A DNA stretch of 64,000 bases from Gammaproteobacteria bacterium (lineage in GTDB: Bacteria; Pseudomonadota; Gammaproteobacteria; JBCCGL01). The first letter of the stretch is position 1; each line of letters starts with the position of its first letter. The position numbers and the translations under genes were made by a program. The notes below the pieces were generated by a model, which did not search any database, was not told where the DNA came from, and saw nothing but the letters and a program-made list of their open reading frames with translations. The stretch covers positions 2,080,001 through 2,144,000 of the forward strand of contig OZ255836.1 of assembly GCA_965277715.1 (NCBI GenBank), written 5' to 3'. Shown piece after piece: positions 1-9,641 of the stretch.

Positions 1-164
1 ATTTTGTTGAAGGACTTCGAAAAGCAGGTTTATCATAGTTGGTAAAAGGTAAATGTTATGCACCGACCAATGTATAACACTTACCATAACTACATACTAT
101 TTAGCCCCCTCCCTTCAACCTAGCCCCACTTACTCTAGCCCCACTAGATTGCATCTGTTCCTGA

Positions 165-273
165 GCTAACCTTGATAAACGCGTATCCCCCTCATCTAAA
201 AGCTGTTTGTGCTCTGATCGACGTACCTTGTCAACCGCCGTGTTGAGGTGTGCGCTTATGTGATAACGATCAT
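165..273 (-). pseudogene. ISL3-family transposase fragment
   Basis: Manual minus-strand translation gives DRYHISAHLNTAVDKVRRSEHKQLLDEGDTRL, matching the ISL3 DRFH...AVDKVRR.E motif. It is interrupted at 274 by the next IS. Confidence 0.7.
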
Positions 274-1052
274 CCTATATTCCGCAGTTAAAATTGTTTA
301 TATTTCTCCAAGTATTTGAAAATTTTTAGAAAAGCTATGAAATTATCCGATTCATCCGTTCACCCAAAGAGTGAAGAAAAAAACTCACCGAAAACGGGCT
401 TATCAGAAGCGATAGAAGGTCAGCTTGAAGTAGATACCTACGCAGGTAAAGTGTTTGTAGAGTGGGCCCCGGATTCGGCGGTAACGCCATTAGGTCAACT
501 GCCCTTTTTCATCCACTTTCTCAAGTGGGAAGAGCGTTTTGATCCGTGGGTGGAGGTTTGTCCGCTGAGTGATAGGAGCAACAATGCACCGGCTAAACGA
601 GATGTATTAGGCAGCCTGTTTTTATCGATACTGTCTGGGCATAGACGGTATGCGCATTTAGCGACGTTGCAAGCAGATCGGGTGAACACGAAGTTATTGG
701 GTATGGATAAAGTGGTGAGTGATGATTCGGCGATCCGTACCTTACAAAAGATGCCGGAAGAAGCGTCTATCCACTGGTTGCAGGAACACCTGCTAAGCAG
801 TTGTGATCCCCTGCTACGCTAGCCGTGGATACTGGGTGTGGATGTCACGGTAAAGCCGCTGTATGGCAGTCAGGAAGGAGCGAAAGTCGGTTACAACCCC
901 CACAAACCCGGGAGGCCTTCACACACGTATCATAACCTACCTTATAGCGAGTTTACGGTTGGTGTTGGAAGTGGAAGTACAAGCAGGCAATCAAAGTGTA
1001 GCGTGTTATTGCGCACCGGGTTTACTGGAGCTGTTGGATCGTTTGCCCGAGG
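274..1052 (+). mobile_element. IS1380-family element remnant (transposase pseudogene: in-frame stop at 820-822, frameshift near 935, 3' truncated)
   Basis: ORFs 316..822, 838.. and 863.. join into one transposase-like sequence (TPLGQLPFF...D.TVKPLYG.QEGA.VGYNP.KPGRPSH). Putative terminal sequence cctatattccgcagtt at 274. Confidence 0.75.
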
Positions 1053-1234
1053 GCTGCGTAATAAATATTTATCGTATTGCTGAAAAAAAAATACCGTAGC
1101 AACATTCACAAACTCAAGGGCAAGATCTCTCAAAAAACACTTTGTTTTTTCTATTGCTTGTATACAATCTGGATATTAGAATATACCTATTTTAACTTAG
1201 CAAACCCACTAGCACCCATCTGGAAGATTCTTTA

Positions 1235-3001
1235 GTGGCACATAACAACAAAAATAAACGAGAACTGAAAGCAATCCTATTTGCCGATGTAGTAGGCTAC
1301 ACGCGCCTAATGCAAGACAATGAAGAAGCAACTCATGTAGCAACCACCGAACTAGTCGATATTTTCACAAAGGGTTGCGATAAACTGGGTGGCGAAATGC
1401 TTGAAATAAGAGGCGATGGTATCTTTGCATTATTCACCAGTGCTATAAACTCAGTTCGGTTTGCAGATAAAACACAAGACCTTATCGAAAAACATAATCA
1501 AAAATACGAAGAGCATCGAAAAATACGTTTCCGTATAGGCATTCACTTAGGTGATGTTGTAAAAAATAATAAACACTATTATGGAGACAGTATCAATATC
1601 GCCTCACGCATTGAGGGTTTAGCCGATCCAGGTGGCGTGTGTATTTCCAGCGCAATATACGAACAAGTTAAAAGTAACGGTAGTTTTGGTTACGAATACC
1701 TCGGACCGAAAAAATTAAAAAATGTTACTGAGCCTATTAATACCTACCGAATTGTTAAGGATACAAATACAGCCACTCTTGTAGCAAGCCCACGAGACCC
1801 AGAAGAGAGAAAACAACTTATACCAGAGGAAATTCGACCTTCCGTTGCTGTTTTACCATTTAAAAACACTGATGGAAATCCAGCATTTGATTACTTTCCT
1901 GACGGTATAACTGAAGATATTATTACCAACCTATCCAGGTTTCATAATTTGTTTGTAATCGCACGGAGCTCTTCATTTGTATACAAGAATAGTGTCTTAC
2001 CTGCAAAAGTTATCGGAAGAGAGTTGAACGTTCGCTATCTAGTAGATGGTACTGTTCGCCTAGCAAATAACCGCGTCAGAGTTTCTGTCCAGCTAGTAGA
2101 CACAGACAAAGGTTCAACTATTTGGGCAGATAAATACGATCGCAGTCTTGATTATATTTTTGAGGTGCAAGATGAAATATCGGCAATTATTTGTAATATT
2201 ACTGCCGTCAAAATTGAAAAAGAAGAACGTGCCCGCTCATCACATGTCTTACCTGCAAACTTACACGCTTATGAGTATGTTCTCCAGGGTCAGCAACAAA
2301 TATATTTATATACAAGAAAAAGCGTTAGCTCGGCTCGCAAACTTTATGAATCAGCTATAAAGTATGATCCTCGCTATGCAAGAGCATTTGCATCAATGTC
2401 ACGCACTTTAAACCTAGAATGGCGATATTCATGGTCAAATAACCCAGAAGAGTCACTATCACGTGCACTTGACCTTGCTAAACAAGCTGTTTCAATGGAT
2501 GATAGCGACGCGAGAGGGCATTCTGAACTTGGTTTTGTGTACCTCTATAAAAAAGAACATGACCTATCTATTAATGCCTATGAAAAAGCTCGCATCATCA
2601 ATCCAAATGATGCTGATATTATGGCGGATATGGCTGACGCTCTTGTCCATTCAGGCAAACCTGAAGAAGCTCTAAAAATAATAAAAAAAGCTATGCACTT
2701 AAACCCATTTTATCCTGACCAGTATTTGTGGCACCTAAGCGGAGCACAGTTCAAACTAAAACAATATAGAGATGTTATATCTACAGTAAATAAAGCAAAT
2801 AACCCAACAGAAGGAGAGAGATTACTCGCAGCTAGTTTTGCCCACCTCGGCGACCTAGATAAAGCTAAGTGGTATGCCAACCGAGTTTTAGAAGCTCACC
2901 CGAATTTTTCTTTAAGGCATTGGCAAGAAATACTTCCCGACAAATACGAGGAAGATGCAAAGCACTATATCGAAGGCTTACACATGGCAGGCCTTCGATA
3001 A
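1235..3001 (+). CDS. Class III adenylate/guanylate cyclase with TolB-like and TPR domains
   Basis: AILFADVVGYT, RGDG, FRIGIHLGDV and GDSINIASRIE cyclase motifs; PSVAVLPF...DGITEDII TolB-like segment; C-terminal TPRs. Confidence 0.92.
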   Translation: MAHNNKNKRELKAILFADVVGYTRLMQDNEEATHVATTELVDIFTKGCDKLGGEMLEIRGDGIFALFTSAINSVRFADKTQDLIEKHNQKYEEHRKIRFRIGIHLGDVVKNNKHYYGDSINIASRIEGLADPGGVCISSAIYEQVKSNGSFGYEYLGPKKLKNVTEPINTYRIVKDTNTATLVASPRDPEERKQLIPEEIRPSVAVLPFKNTDGNPAFDYFPDGITEDIITNLSRFHNLFVIARSSSFVYKNSVLPAKVIGRELNVRYLVDGTVRLANNRVRVSVQLVDTDKGSTIWADKYDRSLDYIFEVQDEISAIICNITAVKIEKEERARSSHVLPANLHAYEYVLQGQQQIYLYTRKSVSSARKLYESAIKYDPRYARAFASMSRTLNLEWRYSWSNNPEESLSRALDLAKQAVSMDDSDARGHSELGFVYLYKKEHDLSINAYEKARIINPNDADIMADMADALVHSGKPEEALKIIKKAMHLNPFYPDQYLWHLSGAQFKLKQYRDVISTVNKANNPTEGERLLAASFAHLGDLDKAKWYANRVLEAHPNFSLRHWQEILPDKYEEDAKHYIEGLHMAGLR

Positions 3002-3080
3002 GATTATAAGCTAGTGCACTGAAAGTCAGTGACTTTGATAAAGCTATTTTCCCGCCAAATAGAATACATGCTGTAGACAG

Positions 3081-3530
3081 CTAACTACCTTTTACATGCA
3101 TGCCTTTTACATTCATGCCGCTAGTTTTCAGTTGCTGGTTAGCTGATAGGACAGGTGCCAAAAGTATTTCCTCAAACGCTCCTGTCTCTAAATCTAACCG
3201 AATAGAAAAATCCGCTTTATCATATGTCCAGACACGAATTCCAGCCTGCTCAATCTCTAACTCAGGGTCTGGTTCAATAACAGTCCCTGCCTCAGCCGGT
3301 GTTTGCCCATCCCCGTGCACCATAAAAATGGCAGGACGAGGCATATCATAGTAATGCCCTTCATACTCAAAGCCATAGACACGCGCCAATTGAGCATTTT
3401 CAGCGGACAATTGGCTTTGCAAAGCAGTTGTCGCCCCAGCACCTTGAGAACTCGCCCCTTCAAGCTTTAGATCGGTTACCACTCGCCCGTATAGACGAAT
3501 CACAGATTGATTCAGTAATGTTTCACTCAT
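3081..3530 (-). CDS. Hypothetical protein with repeated C-terminal GMxVK motif; candidate RiPP precursor/substrate
   Basis: 149-aa ORF with an aagaaaggaaac RBS, last gene of the ycaO-tfuA operon; ends ...SGMNVKGMHVKGS. Confidence 0.75.
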   Translation of the reverse strand: MSETLLNQSVIRLYGRVVTDLKLEGASSQGAGATTALQSQLSAENAQLARVYGFEYEGHYYDMPRPAIFMVHGDGQTPAEAGTVIEPDPELEIEQAGIRVWTYDKADFSIRLDLETGAFEEILLAPVLSANQQLKTSGMNVKGMHVKGS

Positions 3531-3561
3531 TAGTGTTTCCTTCTTTCGGTTTGTTGTTAAA

Positions 3562-4932
3562 TTAGTGTCGCAAGTTTAACCGCGCCCGCTGAACTCTTTC
3601 GTAATACGTTAGTCGGCTGTTATTTTCAGCCAACTCAGTCGGTTGCAGCTGTAGTATACGCGTGGAGTGCATGTGGCTTGTGATCTCACCAGGCGCTTCA
3701 AACTGTGGCCCAGCTTCTATTAAGCCGACACCTCTACGCGTTGTATTATGTATTATAATTTCTTTATATGCCCCTTCTGTGTATTCACAATCCACATTAA
3801 TAAGGGCTTCAACTACATCAGCATACCTAAGACACTGAGGTGATAATCTCAAACAGACTCTGGCGAGATAAGTGCCTACAGTATCACGTGCATCCATTAA
3901 TGACTGCTTAAAACCCAGCGGATCAGCCGCAAAGGCACGATCAAAGCCTACCTGGACAAGGTATTGTTTTTCTGGCACATATTCATGTTCATGTGCGAAT
4001 TCTTTTAATGGCTGGCTAATCAACTGCCTCGATAACAATATTTCCTGAAAAATATCGACAAAGATATCAAATATAGCCCCTGTCAGTGGCTGCCCTAACG
4101 CATGTTCATCACTCCAACCATCAACAAAATTCCGCATAGTCAATGTGTTAGCCGCCAGCCTAATTTGCTCATTTCTGGAGAGTTCGGCTATCCGGTTTAG
4201 CCTGTTTAGCGAATACAAATTGCCCGAGGTATTTTCCAGCAATTCATCCAATATCGAGTCAAAGTGCATCACCGCAATAATGGCCGTTAAATCCGCCGCC
4301 GATTCATGGAACCCATAGTATTCGCCTGTTTGATTTTCCGGCTCAGGTACACCCACCTGGCTATAAATAATGCCATGGCCTATCTCGTGTGCAATAACGT
4401 CAAAATTCAGGCAAAAATGACTAAAAAAGCCATCCTCCGTCGTATGGGAACCCGCCTCCATAAACCCGTAACCAATCTGCGCATTTGGAAAGTGCGGCAG
4501 TATCGCCAACTCAAGGCGGTCATAATGGTGATCAAAATGCCAGGGTATAGAGCAGCCGAAATACTGCTCCCAAACATCTAAGGTGAACCGCGCACAACCG
4601 AATAAGTGCGCCAGTTTAAATTCGTGGGAGTCAACTGGGATGTGATCAAAGTGGCCGTGCTTGTCTGGCATTGCAGGTGGATAAATATCCCCCGTCCACG
4701 GGGGCAACAGTAGATAAGAACCGTAGCTGCCACTGTGGCAACCATATTCCTTCACTTTATCAATAGGGTATAACGCATACATTCGATCATCAGCCGGGCC
4801 TGGACCAACCGTTCCAGCCGGGCAGGAAATGTATACCTGTTCCGGTTCATTATCTGCATCGACAAATGGAGCCTGTGGAAACAACCGAAACCGTGTCCCA
4901 CCTGAATCATTATATTGAACTACCTTGTCCAT
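3562..4932 (-). CDS. Zinc metallopeptidase, gluzincin (M4/M36-like)
   Basis: DVIAHEIGH (HExxH) plus downstream GFHESAAD third ligand; no N-terminal signal peptide. Confidence 0.8.
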   Translation of the reverse strand: MDKVVQYNDSGGTRFRLFPQAPFVDADNEPEQVYISCPAGTVGPGPADDRMYALYPIDKVKEYGCHSGSYGSYLLLPPWTGDIYPPAMPDKHGHFDHIPVDSHEFKLAHLFGCARFTLDVWEQYFGCSIPWHFDHHYDRLELAILPHFPNAQIGYGFMEAGSHTTEDGFFSHFCLNFDVIAHEIGHGIIYSQVGVPEPENQTGEYYGFHESAADLTAIIAVMHFDSILDELLENTSGNLYSLNRLNRIAELSRNEQIRLAANTLTMRNFVDGWSDEHALGQPLTGAIFDIFVDIFQEILLSRQLISQPLKEFAHEHEYVPEKQYLVQVGFDRAFAADPLGFKQSLMDARDTVGTYLARVCLRLSPQCLRYADVVEALINVDCEYTEGAYKEIIIHNTTRRGVGLIEAGPQFEAPGEITSHMHSTRILQLQPTELAENNSRLTYYERVQRARLNLRH

Positions 4933-4980
4933 ATTATTTTTTGATCTGCCTTATATTATTTATAGCTTCCGCACACCTTT

Positions 4981-6354
4981 TTACTGGCTTTCCCGTTTCA
5001 TTGCAAGCTCAAAAAAGTGCTGTTTTTTTACCAATTGGTAAAAATCCTCGCGCCGATGGAGGCCTATTTGCAGTAAATAATCATCAAGGTTAGCTGGAAT
5101 GCCCTTACCCAATTTTGACTCAAAATACCAGGCAAGTAATTGCGCAGGCACGATATCAGACGCTAGTTCACCAGAAATACAAGCGGCCCGCTTCGCTTCA
5201 GCACACGCTTTGAGCGCATTATACTCACCACTAAGGCGCAGTTCGTTTAACAACAAATGAACACTCTCATCATCCAGGTCATTCTCAACCGCTTTGCACA
5301 ACTGCTCATCCTGCAAAGCCTGTTGCAGGTTTTCTAGCGTCCAGTTATTTTGTTCAATCCACTGGTCAAGCTGAACACGCGTATACAACCCCAAGTTTTC
5401 CCGCCATGCTTGCAGCTGTTGGCACATTTGCCTGTCACCAATTGCTATGCGTTTGCGCCCCGCCTCGTGCAACGCCAGTTTTTTAAGACGAGCACGCAAC
5501 ATAACCTGACGATAATGTAATGGCGCCAACCTGAGTTCATCGATAATGAGCTGCTCTATACCAGCAACAAGTTGCTTACTCTCTACATGCGATTTTTCCG
5601 CTTTACCTGCCAGTGCATGCCCTGTTACAACGCTATCCCACGCCACTGTCCATTCAAATGCATAGTCGCAACGCATCGGAGCGGCTTCAGAGGAAGAAAA
5701 CGCTGCCAATGCCGCCAACAAAGCTTCAGCATCCTGACATTTTAAGTCCTGCTCCCCTCCCGGCAACCAACGTTCAAATGCCGACAACATATGCGCTTCA
5801 GCACCTGCCTGCTTCGCTGCGGCTACCACACACAACCATTGGCGTTTTTGATAAAAAATAGACTTTGCTGCCGCAATTAACAAATCCGCATCCTGCTTAC
5901 TCACCACTGATTCAGTCAGCGCACGACTTACGGTCGCACGGACATTGACCATAGGAAGAGATAATGACAAGTAGCCCAACTCTGCAGGGCCGTGTAATAC
6001 AGCTACTTCATCATCGTCTTCAAGCACACCATCGCGATAACAGGCAAAAATTTCACCCACACCCCGCATACCGAATGAATGCAATTCAGCAGCGCGCAAC
6101 GCCCCCATACTACTGGCACCAAACACATGAATACCACGCGACATAGCCCAAAGAATTTCTTTGTGCCATACGGAGGGAACACCCTCAAAATAACCATCGA
6201 TGATGGCTATCACATCAGGTGCTGTCTGTGCTGCACGGTACACATCCCCCTGCGAAACTGGGGCTTGCCATTCAACACCTTGCACCGCTTCAACCGCATC
6301 ACGGGAAATACTCGGCCCGGAAAATACAATAGTTTTCACTTGTACTTCATTCAC
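4981..6354 (-). CDS. tfuA: TfuA-like protein with C-terminal helical extension
   Basis: VF.GPS, IIDGYF...PSVWHKEIL, GASSMGALRAAEL and DDDEVAV.HGP motifs. Confidence 0.92.
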   Translation of the reverse strand: MNEVQVKTIVFSGPSISRDAVEAVQGVEWQAPVSQGDVYRAAQTAPDVIAIIDGYFEGVPSVWHKEILWAMSRGIHVFGASSMGALRAAELHSFGMRGVGEIFACYRDGVLEDDDEVAVLHGPAELGYLSLSLPMVNVRATVSRALTESVVSKQDADLLIAAAKSIFYQKRQWLCVVAAAKQAGAEAHMLSAFERWLPGGEQDLKCQDAEALLAALAAFSSSEAAPMRCDYAFEWTVAWDSVVTGHALAGKAEKSHVESKQLVAGIEQLIIDELRLAPLHYRQVMLRARLKKLALHEAGRKRIAIGDRQMCQQLQAWRENLGLYTRVQLDQWIEQNNWTLENLQQALQDEQLCKAVENDLDDESVHLLLNELRLSGEYNALKACAEAKRAACISGELASDIVPAQLLAWYFESKLGKGIPANLDDYLLQIGLHRREDFYQLVKKQHFFELAMKRESQ

Positions 6355-6401
6355 ATTAGCCCGCTATCCCATCCTAAAGAAAGTGTGCAAAGTGCTATGC
6401 A

Positions 6402-7259
6402 TCATAGTTTTTTCTTCTTATCCCGCCAGAACTCCATTTTCTTATATTTATAGTACAGGCTGTTCCCCAAAACCTCACGGGCATCCCAGGTTCTATCTCT
6501 CAGTGCAGGCCCCAGTTTATGCAAATCTGGAATACCATAGGCGCCTGCATCGTTCTCGATAATTTCTTTCTTTATTTTATCAAAATAGTGTGTTTCATTA
6601 TCACCCCATATAGATAGATCTTTACGACCGATAAAACCATATATCTGATCGATAACTTCTCCTGGCTTGGCAATTAAATCTTTTCTCTCTACCAGTAGAA
6701 GGTTTTTTTTACTTTTACTTAAATATGTTTTTTTAAGATTTGCATAACACCAACCAACGCTAGTGGGAATAGTCGGGTTCATCATTAACAGGCAGCGATT
6801 TTCATCGCTCAGTTTTTTATGCTCATTCAGCAGTTGTGCATCAATAAATGAATTGTGGTCGGGATTTTTTCGTATCAGCATAAGAAAGGACGCCAGGCAA
6901 TCTGTAATATTATCGACAGTACAGATTACTTTCATCTCCTCTTGTAAAATTTCCCTGGCAGCGTCAATAGGGTCTTTCATATGCCAGGCCCACGATTTAT
7001 CAAAAATATGCGTTTCCTCCCTGTGTTGATACATACCATCCCGCACACTGCGCCATAGATTTGGCAGTTGATCCGGGTGTTTATAAGCTTTCAGTGTTAC
7101 TGCGTTTTTCCGCCACTTGATCAAAATCTCGCTGATGATTTCACTCAATGGAGAAGCCGGAGAAACATGCATATTTTTATTTTGATTCAGGATTTCACCT
7201 AAAACTGTACTGCCGGTTCTTGGCAGCCCTGCCAGGTAATAATATTTCTTTTGCTTCAC
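6402..7259 (-). CDS. PAPS-dependent sulfotransferase
   Basis: N-terminal 5'-PSB motif AGLPRTGSTVL..ILNQN; FDKS..W motif. Confidence 0.85.
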   Translation of the reverse strand: MKQKKYYYLAGLPRTGSTVLGEILNQNKNMHVSPASPLSEIISEILIKWRKNAVTLKAYKHPDQLPNLWRSVRDGMYQHREETHIFDKSWAWHMKDPIDAAREILQEEMKVICTVDNITDCLASFLMLIRKNPDHNSFIDAQLLNEHKKLSDENRCLLMMNPTIPTSVGWCYANLKKTYLSKSKKNLLLVERKDLIAKPGEVIDQIYGFIGRKDLSIWGDNETHYFDKIKKEIIENDAGAYGIPDLHKLGPALRDRTWDAREVLGNSLYYKYKKMEFWRDKKKKL

Positions 7260-7337
7260 ATTTAACTCGCTTGAATTTACAACGTTACCCTGCTTATTCT
7301 TGCAATCGTACTTTCACTTTGTGCAATCTGCAACGCC

Positions 7338-8591
7338 TCATAAAGTAGCCTGCACCTCGCGAGCACGCGCTCCAGGGATATAATCATCATCATGCGGACC
7401 TTCAAGCCCAGGGATGACAATTCTTACCACTGGAATATTGAACGTTGGTTTAGTGAGATTAATACAAATCACTTCGTCTATTTCAATACGACGCAACTGG
7501 GTTAGCATCCAGTCAACATCTTCCTGAAAGGTGGAAAACTGTCGACTGTCGATGGTGGCAAAATCAACACACCCATTACCCTGCCCGGCAATATTGCGAA
7601 ACACCCGGTTTTTTTCCTGCAGCCTTGCCTGTGTAAATTCAGCATGGGTTAAATCGTCACGCGATCCGGCAATATAGGTTGTGCGCACTTGCACGGCTTC
7701 AGTAAGCGCCCGCACCAGCGCAATCGATTTACTCGGGTGACACCCGGCGCCCAACCCAGGGTGTGCTATAGGGTTGCGTTCATCAAGCAATACACACTCA
7801 AAACAGGCAACACCTGTATCACTACTAATATCCCAAACCGTTATCGATAGATCGGCTGTATGCAACTGCTCAATCAAGCGACGACAAAGCATATCATCCA
7901 CTGAACCAAGATCAAGTTTATCTGCATCGCGCCCCAGTTTACTTTTTTGGTGCCATAGGCTGCTCGCATCGCGTTCAATCACTTCACATATCGCATGCGA
8001 TACCGCCTCCAGGTAGTGGTTACCCGATGCCAGGCCATTACTACTCTGTGCAAAGCACCCACTGCCAGAAGGCGATGGGTGGTTATAGCAGGTATGCACA
8101 ATTTCATAGGGCAACCAAGTGTTTTTTGTATCGAGAAGGTTGCTGCCTTCAATCCATAAAATAGGCCATGTTGGTTGATACCGACTGCCGCACATTGCCG
8201 GCAAGCGGTCAATGTTGACTAAATGCTGGTTATCCGACAGATCATCAAAGCTACCCAGCTTTAGTGGAAGTTCAATGTGCTCAGCATGCCACGACTCAAC
8301 TGATTCCATCAGCCCTGAAGCTTTGGCGGCGTCTAATGTCAACCCTTTCCCTTGGGAAACGGCAATAGAGCGGGAATTAGGGCGGCATACCATCACCACC
8401 GGTATACCAATACGATCCAATCCGGTAACGTTGGCGATGCGTGTGATACCCATTACAGGCATAAACGGCATTACATTGGCCAGTGTTTCTGCCGGTTCAA
8501 TCAGAAGGTGTGCACCGGTTTGGTAGCATTTTTCCGCACGCTCTAATGCTATTGGAGGGTATTGTTGTGGAGATTCAGTATGCTTTGGCAT
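7338..8591 (-). CDS. ycaO: YcaO-family protein (TfuA-associated, thioamide-forming type)
   Basis: GITRIANVTGLDRIGIPV, SQGKG, SNGLASG, EVIERDA and RALTEAVQ.R ATP-binding motifs; no C-terminal PxP. Confidence 0.93.
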   Translation of the reverse strand: MPKHTESPQQYPPIALERAEKCYQTGAHLLIEPAETLANVMPFMPVMGITRIANVTGLDRIGIPVVMVCRPNSRSIAVSQGKGLTLDAAKASGLMESVESWHAEHIELPLKLGSFDDLSDNQHLVNIDRLPAMCGSRYQPTWPILWIEGSNLLDTKNTWLPYEIVHTCYNHPSPSGSGCFAQSSNGLASGNHYLEAVSHAICEVIERDASSLWHQKSKLGRDADKLDLGSVDDMLCRRLIEQLHTADLSITVWDISSDTGVACFECVLLDERNPIAHPGLGAGCHPSKSIALVRALTEAVQVRTTYIAGSRDDLTHAEFTQARLQEKNRVFRNIAGQGNGCVDFATIDSRQFSTFQEDVDWMLTQLRRIEIDEVICINLTKPTFNIPVVRIVIPGLEGPHDDDYIPGARAREVQATL

Positions 8592-8724
8592 CGCGTTGTA
8601 CTGTGTTTAACTCTGTCATCCGCACAGCAGGCCCGTGGCATGAAAGACTGTCAATAAACCATCCACATTCGATGTCAACCAGGCTACACTTGAAAGTACA
8701 AGACAGATCTATCAAGCAGACAAA

Positions 8725-8943
8725 GTGCATAAACTCACCTTTGAGCTATCGATCAGTAGCGATCAATGGCTACATTATTACGCAGGCCACGCCAATGCAG
8801 TGCGTGTTGTGGCCGACAACGGCAAATCACTACAACTACCCGCCAGCGCACTGCGCCCGTTTATTTTGCACAATGGTATACACGGTCGATTTGTCGTGCG
8901 TTTTGACCAATACAATAAGCTATTGGGTATTAATCGTTTATAG
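8725..8943 (+). CDS. DUF2835-family protein
   Basis: F.L.IS...L.YY.G.A..V.V....G..LQLPA..LRPF....GI.G.F. Confidence 0.8.
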   Translation: MHKLTFELSISSDQWLHYYAGHANAVRVVADNGKSLQLPASALRPFILHNGIHGRFVVRFDQYNKLLGINRL

Positions 8944-8984
8944 AGAGTGTACAATAACTGGTTTTACATTTTACGGTATCACAC

Positions 8985-9272
8985 ATGAGCCAACTCCAGC
9001 TTTCCGCAGAACTCGTTCGCCAACTCCACCAATCACTGGCCGACCATGACGATAATGCCGAAGACCCCGGTGTAGCCGCACAATATATGGCAGCCATTAT
9101 TGGCTTCTTACTTGGTGAACAGGATATGCCAGACACACAAAAGGAGGAGATACTTGAACAGTTGTTTGCCTTTGCAAAGCATGTTGCAAATGACGTTAGC
9201 CAACAGAAAAAAGCCCCTCCAGCTCCTCCACCACAAAATGCATTTGGTGTATGGAAACCTGGCATGAGCTAA
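8985..9272 (+). CDS. Conserved hypothetical protein
   Basis: ORF in operon position; C-terminal AFGVWKPG. Confidence 0.7.
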   Translation: MSQLQLSAELVRQLHQSLADHDDNAEDPGVAAQYMAAIIGFLLGEQDMPDTQKEEILEQLFAFAKHVANDVSQQKKAPPAPPPQNAFGVWKPGMS

Positions 9273-9337
9273 ACCCATACATGAATTTGTTTTTTTCCCT
9301 ATAGTTATTTCCCCTTTCCAGATCGAGTATCTCTCTA

Positions 9338-9616
9338 ATGTCACAAGCCAGCGCACGCCATATCTTGGTCAACAGCGAAGAACAATGCAATACACTGAAA
9401 CAACAAATCATCGATGGTGCTGATTTTGCCGCTGTCGCCGCCGAGCACTCACAGTGCCCTTCTGGCAAGCAGGGCGGTGAACTTGGCACTTTTTCACCTG
9501 GCCAGATGGTACGTGAATTTGATACTGTCGTATTTAACGAGGCAGTGGGTGAAGTGCATGGCCCGGTACAAACACAGTTCGGCTACCACCTGATCGAAAC
9601 CACCTCACGTACCTGA
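9338..9616 (+). CDS. ppiC: Parvulin peptidyl-prolyl isomerase
   Basis: ARHILV, HS.CPS..QGG.LG.F, TQFGYHLI. Confidence 0.95.
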   Translation: MSQASARHILVNSEEQCNTLKQQIIDGADFAAVAAEHSQCPSGKQGGELGTFSPGQMVREFDTVVFNEAVGEVHGPVQTQFGYHLIETTSRT

Positions 9617-9641
9617 GCAATTTGTCATAACAGGCACCAAC

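Noticed and set aside
7338-8591. Housekeeping E. coli-type YcaO or azoline-forming cyclodehydratase
   Set aside because: Paired with TfuA, lacks the C-terminal PxP motif, and no E1-like partner or dehydrogenase is present.
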